DNA of 64,000 nt from an uncultured Chthonomonadaceae bacterium (GTDB taxonomy: Bacteria; Armatimonadota; Chthonomonadetes; Chthonomonadales; Chthonomonadaceae): contig CAWIEK010000049.1 in the NCBI GenBank assembly GCA_963835065.1, positions 384,001 to 448,000 of the forward strand, written 5' to 3'. The position numbers were made by a program, and so were the translations under genes. This document shows positions 58,487 to 64,000 of this stretch, piece by piece (within the stretch, counting starts at the first letter, position 1; each line of letters starts with the position of its first letter). Below the pieces are notes generated by a model. The model did not search any database. It saw only the letters and a list, made by a program, of their open reading frames with translations, and was not told where the DNA came from.

Positions 58487-58882
58487 TCAGCGTCGAGTAC
58501 GCTTGTGCGTCATGTGGCGGATAGGTCGGCCTATGAGCGCGTCGGTAGACACAGCGGCTTGCGTGAGCAGGACGGGCGCGGGCGGCGCGTGGTCTACCAG
58601 CAGAGCCGAAGCGTAGTCCAGAAACTCGGCCTGTCGCTCCAGCATCAGCGCGACGGCCTGCTCCTTGTCGTCCGTGTCCGGCTCGGCGGCTCCGACTTCG
58701 ATGAAGGCGTACCCCAGGCGCATGTACAGGCCGTCAAAGAGTGTGTCGTCTTCCACGCGCTTGACGGGCGCGGGCGTGTCTGGCGGTTTGGGCGCGTCGG
58801 GCGTCGGCAGGCAGGGCGCAACCGGATCGTTCCAGTTCGGCTTGGGCGGGCGCGTCGGGCGGGGCAATTGTTTCGTGTGCAT
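58487..58882 (-). CDS. Hypothetical protein
   Basis: AGGAG SD; Pro-rich N-terminus. Confidence 0.55.
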   Translation of the reverse strand: MHTKQLPRPTRPPKPNWNDPVAPCLPTPDAPKPPDTPAPVKRVEDDTLFDGLYMRLGYAFIEVGAAEPDTDDKEQAVALMLERQAEFLDYASALLVDHAPPAPVLLTQAAVSTDALIGRPIRHMTHKRTRR

Positions 58883-59002
58883 GGTTCTTCTTCTCCTGTG
58901 TTGGTGGTAGAATGGAACCGGCAGGGCGTCTCACTTCTTGCCGGTTCGCAGGGTGTCGGGCGTAGGGAAGTTTGCCGCTTTCCTATGCCCGCTTTGTGTG
59001 TC

Positions 59003-59302
59003 TTACAGCGGCGGGCGGGCGGCGTCCTGTCGGTTTAGAATGGCTTCGCTGAACGGCAAGTCCAGTTCGTGCGTCATTTCCTGTTCCCAATAGCGCGTCA
59101 GGACTTTCAGGGCGCTTTTCAAGTCCTTGTGGCGCGTGACGAGTTGGCTCTTGCCCTTGTTGCCAATCATCTTTTGGGTTTGGCTGTGCAGGGCGAGCAA
59201 TTCCTGCGTGTGGGTAATGTCGAGCGCGCAGCGGGTTTGCAGGGCGTCCAGCACGTCTTTGACCGTGACGGTGGCAGGTCGGGGTGGCGCTTGCGTTTTC
59301 AT
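59003..59302 (-). CDS. Hypothetical protein
   Basis: GGAG SD; in the leftward operon. Confidence 0.55.
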   Translation of the reverse strand: MKTQAPPRPATVTVKDVLDALQTRCALDITHTQELLALHSQTQKMIGNKGKSQLVTRHKDLKSALKVLTRYWEQEMTHELDLPFSEAILNRQDAARPPL

Positions 59303-59383
59303 GTTCCGTATTCTCCGTAGGGTTGGTGTTGTGGCAGGGTAGCGAACTGGATACCCTGCCGGGTTGTCTGGCAATGGTGGCGA

Positions 59384-59605
59384 TTAGCCGCGCGGTTTCA
59401 TGCGGCCTTTGCGCGTCAGGGCTTTGGCGAAGTTGCAGGCCATGTGCCGGCCTGCGCTGTCGGTGCAGTCGTAGCGTTTCACGATGCTTTCAATCGCCGC
59501 GTGAAAGCCTGCCGAACATTCGTCTTTGGTGAACTGGTGGCGGCGGGCGTCGTGTCCGGGCTGGAACGCGCCGGGGTTCGTTTTGCGCGTGGTCTGCATC
59601 AGCAT
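59384..59605 (-). CDS. Small hypothetical protein
   Basis: AAGGA SD; GAFQPGHD..RH.FT..EC..G motif. Confidence 0.55.
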   Translation of the reverse strand: MLMQTTRKTNPGAFQPGHDARRHQFTKDECSAGFHAAIESIVKRYDCTDSAGRHMACNFAKALTRKGRMKPRG

Positions 59606-59715
59606 TGCTTTGGTTCCTTATCGGGTAGAATCGGAACCGGGAGGGCTGGTCAAGTTTTCCCGGTTCCGGGCTTAGGGAGTGTTGACGCACTTCCTAAGCC
59701 CTTCCTTGTTGGTGG

Positions 59716-60384
59716 TTACAGCGTCACCTTGTCGGCGGGCTGTAAGTCCAGACGGTTGCACAGTTCTTTGCCCCAGTATTCGCCAATGACGAGCAGGGCG
59801 GTTTCCAGTTGGCACACGCGCCTATCGCGGCTATCCTTCACGCCGATTTTGTACACGGATGCGAGTTCGCGGGCGGCTTCCAAGTCCTTGACCATGCGAA
59901 CCTGCAAGGCTTCCAGAAGGGCGCGAACCGTCAACACCGTTTCGTCCGGTTCCGGTACGGCGTAGGGCGCGGGCAGGAGACATTCGGGAACGCCTGTCAG
60001 CAAACGTTCGCGTTCGCCGTCCCACTCTTTGCAGTAGGCGTCAAGGGCGGATACTTCTTCTTCAACGGTCAACGTCAACGCCTGCTGCGCGTGTTCGGCC
60101 TGCAAGCGCAGTTCTTCTTTCACCCACAGGATATGCTTGCAAATGTCCCGATGCTTCTGCCAATCTTCACAGGTGCAGCAGGCGGCTTCCACGTTGACCG
60201 TATGAAAGCGATGTTCGGGCGTGTTCACATGGTAGGTATCCGGGAGCGGCGCGTCTTTCAGCGTTGCAACCTCAAAGGTATAGCCCTGCGCGGTCAACTG
60301 CTGCGCTTTTTCCCAACAGCGCGCCAACCTTACAGCCTGCTGCGCGTTGCGCGGTTTGTCGGTGTGCGTGAGTGTGTTCGTCAT
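59716..60384 (-). CDS. SWIM zinc-finger protein
   Basis: CTCEDW......CKHI. Confidence 0.8.
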   Translation of the reverse strand: MTNTLTHTDKPRNAQQAVRLARCWEKAQQLTAQGYTFEVATLKDAPLPDTYHVNTPEHRFHTVNVEAACCTCEDWQKHRDICKHILWVKEELRLQAEHAQQALTLTVEEEVSALDAYCKEWDGERERLLTGVPECLLPAPYAVPEPDETVLTVRALLEALQVRMVKDLEAARELASVYKIGVKDSRDRRVCQLETALLVIGEYWGKELCNRLDLQPADKVTL

Positions 60385-60545
60385 TGTCGTATCCTTTCGG
60401 GTAGTAGAGTGTGCGTCTTCAGAACGTGCGTTGCGTCATGGCGGCTCTTTCACTTCCCGGCGTTCCTGCTTGATAACAGGTCGAGACTTTAACATCATTC
60501 GGGAAGTCTCTGTATGAAGTTTGTCTGCATCGTTCTTATGTCTCT

Positions 60546-60680
60546 ATTATACACCTATTACGCACCTATAACCAGTAGACAAACAGGTAGACACGAAAAC
60601 TTTCTTGACTTTTTTACACCTATCTGCTATCATTTACACTATAATCAGGTGTGCAACGTCTCACATTTAGGTATCTGATA
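60546..60680. promoter_or_regulatory. Divergent promoters with repeated (A/G)CACCTAT boxes
   Basis: + strand TTGACT(60605)-17-TATCAT(60628) with extended TG; - strand TATAAT at 60546-51; boxes at 60551, 60562, 60616 and inverted partial boxes near 60647, 60668. Confidence 0.65.
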
Positions 60681-60692
60681 GGAGTGTGAACT

Positions 60693-60881
60693 ATGCTGAA
60701 AGAGAATGATCCGCGTTACGCTACACATTTCGCTATGTCGCTGCGTCTCAAACCGGGAACGGGGCAACTGCTGGAAGATATGGCGAAGCAAATGGATACC
60801 AGCAAGACGGCGGTTATCACGCGCGCCCTGCGAGAACTGGCACGGCGGGAAGGTATCGAAGTGAAGGAGGAAACGGCATGA
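60693..60881 (+). CDS. Ribbon-helix-helix (CopG-like) regulator
   Basis: MSLRL....QLLEDMAKQMDTSKTAVITRAL. Confidence 0.82.
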   Translation: MLKENDPRYATHFAMSLRLKPGTGQLLEDMAKQMDTSKTAVITRALRELARREGIEVKEETA

Positions 60882-61102
60882 GTGATAAAGACTTCATCGA
60901 ACAGGTACGCCGCAGGGCGATTGACGTAGCCGCCCTGATCGGCGCAAAGCAGTACGACGCGGCAGGCATTGCGGCCTTGACGCTTGCCAGTGACGCCGCC
61001 GCGCACAATGGACAGTACGCCATGCGGCAGGAACAGGCACACAGCGACGCCTACAAGCTGAACACGCTCACCGTACACCTTGACGCCGCCGCGCCGGAGT
61101 AA
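60878..61102 (+). CDS. Small hypothetical protein coupled to the RHH gene
   Basis: ATGA overlap, AGGAGG SD. Confidence 0.6.
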   Translation: MSDKDFIEQVRRRAIDVAALIGAKQYDAAGIAALTLASDAAAHNGQYAMRQEQAHSDAYKLNTLTVHLDAAAPE

Positions 61103-61541
61103 GAACGCAACGCCTGATTAGCCACGCCACGCCGCAAACGCGCTGTACGGGCCACGTGAAGTCACGGCGATGCCTTCGCGTGGGGAATGTCTGATATTAT
61201 CCGAGGGGGTGTCTTCTGCCGAAGCCGAACCCTCCCGAACACCAGAACACAAAAAAAGACGCCGGAACAATATTGTGCGGGCAGACGCACAATCGTTTGG
61301 GGTATCGCAACTGATTACTGTTCCCCTGCTGGTTTGGCCTGTTTGCTTGTGGGAGTACGTAGGAGTGTGTAGAGGCAGGGGAGAAGTCTCATCGTTCCCC
61401 TGTTTCCCAACACGGTGTAAAGACGGCAAGGCTGTCACTCATACGGCGGACGCAACAATGAGAAGATGACTGTGGAATGTCCAAACTGTGGCTACTTCTT
61501 GCAGCCGTAAACCATTGACAAGAACGCAAAGGTGTTGTCAC

Positions 61542-62021
61542 ATGCAATCAGCAAATAAGTTCTTTCCTGTTCTCATAACGGGTATGTTGACGGTCATTGC
61601 GTACTGTCTCTGGCAGTTAGCCTTGCCGCAAGACGTGACGGTTAGCAACCTTCTGGCCGACCCGCTTCGCTACAATGGCAAAAAGGTGCATCTAAAAGCC
61701 TATGTTGTTGCTAGTACGGGAGTTTCGACCATTGCGCTTATAAGCGATCAGAACACAGGCGTTACGGATAACATCGCCATTGTTCCCACACTGCCCGGCT
61801 TTGATTGGATCAAGCGCCCGTATGTAGACCTGACAGGAACCTTCAATGCAGAATCGAAGATACTCCATTTGACAGATGGACGTGTTCTTCAACCCCAAAC
61901 CGTACCTGACCCACCAGCACCTACAGTGCGCGCGCCTTTTGGTTCTGGAACATTTGACGATTTGCCGAAGCATCATTTGGATCAAACCCTACCCATTTAC
62001 ACCACCATTCCTCATCGATAA
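61542..62021 (+). CDS. Membrane-anchored hypothetical protein (OB-fold-like)
   Basis: N-terminal TM; VTVSNLLADPLRYNGKKV..LTGTF. Confidence 0.6.
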   Translation: MQSANKFFPVLITGMLTVIAYCLWQLALPQDVTVSNLLADPLRYNGKKVHLKAYVVASTGVSTIALISDQNTGVTDNIAIVPTLPGFDWIKRPYVDLTGTFNAESKILHLTDGRVLQPQTVPDPPAPTVRAPFGSGTFDDLPKHHLDQTLPIYTTIPHR

Positions 62022-62520
62022 AGAAGCCGTGTACGCGGTCTGTAGGGCGGATTGTTCACATTCGGGGCTATCGTTCGTCTCCGTGACTCTGAGCGGCCTT
62101 TACGGGGCATGGACAGGGCAGGGTAGAGAAACGTCGGCGTACATACGTGCAGGAACAAACGTTCAGGCTTGCGGAGGTGGGGCGGAAGCGTTACAATAGC
62201 CTACACCCGAACCACGGATAGGAGGAGTTTGGCATGGCAATGCGGAATGAAGATCGGCAAGCGTGGCAAGCCGCCTTTGCGCTGGCCTTGCGCCTGACAC
62301 GAAAGGAACCAGCGTCTGTCTGTGCAGGGAACGCACCTGCCGAAGCCGTAGAAGCCGCGCCGCTGCAACCGCCCCAGACGCACCACCGGGAGAATTCGGA
62401 CTAGTCCGGGTTTTGCCAGGTAAAGCCATAGGAAGTAACAGACAACAGCCACAGGCCGCACGTTCGCGGTTCCTGTGGCTGTTGAACTGTGCAGTCTATT
62501 CCCTGCCGTGTGCGTGACTC

Positions 62521-63138
62521 TCAGGCGGCAATACGCGCCTGTTTGGGACGGCGCAGGAAGGCGGCTCCGGTGAGGCTCAGGCCGGTGAGGAGGGCGAGTG
62601 AGCCGGGTTCGGGCACGGCGGCAGGGGTGGTGGAGGAGAACGTCAGGTTAGATTCGATGAAGAAGGTCACGTTACCAAACGAGGTTGTGAAGGTTGATGA
62701 TGATGAAAAAAGCAGGGCTACCGAACTTTGCGGAGCCGTCAACGTGAGCGGCCCCGCCGTCGGTGTAATTCCAAGCACACTGACCACTGTAGTGGGGTCG
62801 GAGAAGCCGGCACTCGCAACAGTGCCTCCCAAATTGTCTATTGCTGCGCCGAAGTTCGCGACGGTACCGGAGTTGCTTCCGAGGACAAGGTTGACCGTAC
62901 CCGCAAAATTGAACTGAAAGCCGAAACCCGTGGTCACGCCGGAAATGGGAGCCGTTTCCGTGAAGGTGAAGGTCTGGTTGTTGAATGGCGTCACTGATAC
63001 GCCAGGCACAAAAACTACGCCTGACGCCGTGCCACTCAGCACATAGGTTAGGTTTTGAGCGTGGGCGGCGTTGGGCGCGGCAAGGCAGGCAAGCGCGGCC
63101 AGAGCAAGGGTGTGACGAACGAGAAAACGGGTGTGCAT
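62521..63138 (-). CDS. PEP-CTERM sorting domain protein (cargo)
   Basis: Signal peptide ...AAHA; VPEPGSLALL-TM-RR tail. Confidence 0.9.
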   Translation of the reverse strand: MHTRFLVRHTLALAALACLAAPNAAHAQNLTYVLSGTASGVVFVPGVSVTPFNNQTFTFTETAPISGVTTGFGFQFNFAGTVNLVLGSNSGTVANFGAAIDNLGGTVASAGFSDPTTVVSVLGITPTAGPLTLTAPQSSVALLFSSSSTFTTSFGNVTFFIESNLTFSSTTPAAVPEPGSLALLTGLSLTGAAFLRRPKQARIAA

Positions 63139-63489
63139 GGGTGAATACTCTTTCTGTGGCGGCAAAGCAGGGAATTAACGGTCTGTAAAAGTGTCCTGTA
63201 AAGGATATTGCAAGATTCATGCCAAACCGCCACATTTGCACAGTTTGCCCGCTTCTTTCTGCAAAACCCCGCATTTCTCCCTTTGAGGCAACCGGAATAG
63301 ACGCTTGTGTACGCACACAAAGGAATGTACAAACATGCGGCTTGTGTCTTTCGCGGGGCAGTGGCTAGAATGGGGAGTGCTAATACACGCGACGTGGAGG
63401 GGTAGAGCCACAAAACCGTCGCTTGCCTATGTAGAGTACAAGACTGTACCGCGCACAGGCCGGACTTAAACCCCTGACGCCGTAAAATG

Positions 63490-63550
63490 CAGTGGTAGAG
63501 CGCCATGCTGAAAACGTGGACGTCGTCCGTTCAACTCGGACCTGCGGCAT
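63490..63550 (+). repeat. attR: 3' 61 bp of tRNA-Phe
   Basis: 60/61 identical to 48227-48287. Confidence 0.95.
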
Positions 63551-63632
63551 AGAACAGGTGATGAACGATGAATGATGAGTGATGAATGAAATTTTGCTCA
63601 TCGTTCATCACTCATCATTCATCATTTTTTCC

Positions 63633-63719
63633 GGGGAGGTGGCCGAGTCCGGCTGATGGCGGCGTGGTGCTAACGCGCAGTACCTTCGGGTATCGCAGGT
63701 TCAAATCCTGTCCTCTCCT
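63633..63719 (+). tRNA. trnS: tRNA-Ser(GCT), last gene of the interrupted array
   Basis: Acceptor GGGGAGG/CCTCTCC, loop GTGCTAA, long variable arm GTACC-TTCG-GGTAT. Confidence 0.82.
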
Positions 63720-64000
63720 TTTGCATTAGTGAAAGTGGAGAGTGAGAGTAGATGCGGATTGGCCTCTCACTCTCACTCTCCACTCTCACTTGATTACCTC
63801 TTCAATCGTCCTACCGCGCTGCTGCGCTGTGAGCGCAAACGTTGGGCGGTAATCCCCATCCCCAGGTCTTGCAGCGGTTCCACGAACTCTTCATACGGCA
63901 GTAACAGAGTTATCATAAGACCGAGCCAGGCGCCGAGCCAGGCTGCGCCTTCCACTCGGCCCCACGCCCCGCCACTGTCATGCAGCGAGATCAGAAACGC

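Larger units (their letters stand above)
48227..63550 (+). mobile_element. ~15.3-kb integrative phage-satellite-like element
   Basis: 61-bp direct repeats 48227-48287 and 63490-63550 (60/61), integrase at left end, P4-type helicase, iterons. Confidence 0.92.

Noticed and set aside
57749..59038. 429-aa + strand ORF, and other long antisense ORFs such as 9252-12877 and 23872-25293
   Set aside because: Shadow frames of GC-rich genes on the opposite strand that have SDs and recognisable motifs
63490..63550. Second tRNA-Phe gene
   Set aside because: Lacks the 5' acceptor strand and the first D-stem bases; it is attR
48227..63550. Complete prophage or ICE
   Set aside because: No terminase, capsid, portal, lysis, relaxase or T4SS genes recognised
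63794..64000. 3' end of a minus-strand CDS at the window edge
   Set aside because: The frame ending at TAA ~63794 has an upstream stop inside the window; too short to call

Overview
Bacterial chromosomal window. The DUF1501 and DUF1549/DUF1553 genes, PEP-CTERM protein and Uma2 protein suggest an Armatimonadota/Planctomycetota-like organism (inference). 1-19 kb: the 5' end of a WGR/PARP-like gene, three type II toxin-antitoxin pairs (two flanked by duplicated promoter-region DNA), a frameshifted DUF1553 gene and a decayed AT-richer patch. 19-45 kb: secreted and carbohydrate enzymes (VIT, beta-propeller, GH116, GT4, GH31, GH16-PA14), a six-gene GT21/hydrolase/MBL/adenylating enzyme/FabH-like lipid operon, HD-GYP and PadR. 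46-64 kb is the main feature: a 17-gene CCA-less tRNA array with atypical members (Ile-UAU, Arg-GCG plus Arg-UCG, short-arm Leu, Gly with A73). It is preceded by a leader ORF with a mutually exclusive terminator/antiterminator (candidate translation-sensing attenuator). It is interrupted by a 15.3-kb satellite-like element integrated in tRNA-Phe (61-bp att repeats, tyrosine integrase, P4-type helicase with iteron ori, lone tape-measure-like gene, PEP-CTERM cargo). A ~280-bp element with an ECF-type promoter and an 8-codon minigene occurs twice (18.7 kb and 45.4 kb). Diverse heptamer/octamer tandem repeats form hairpins in spacers and in-frame inserts in genes. Family assignments come from motif recognition by eye; no database searches were run.
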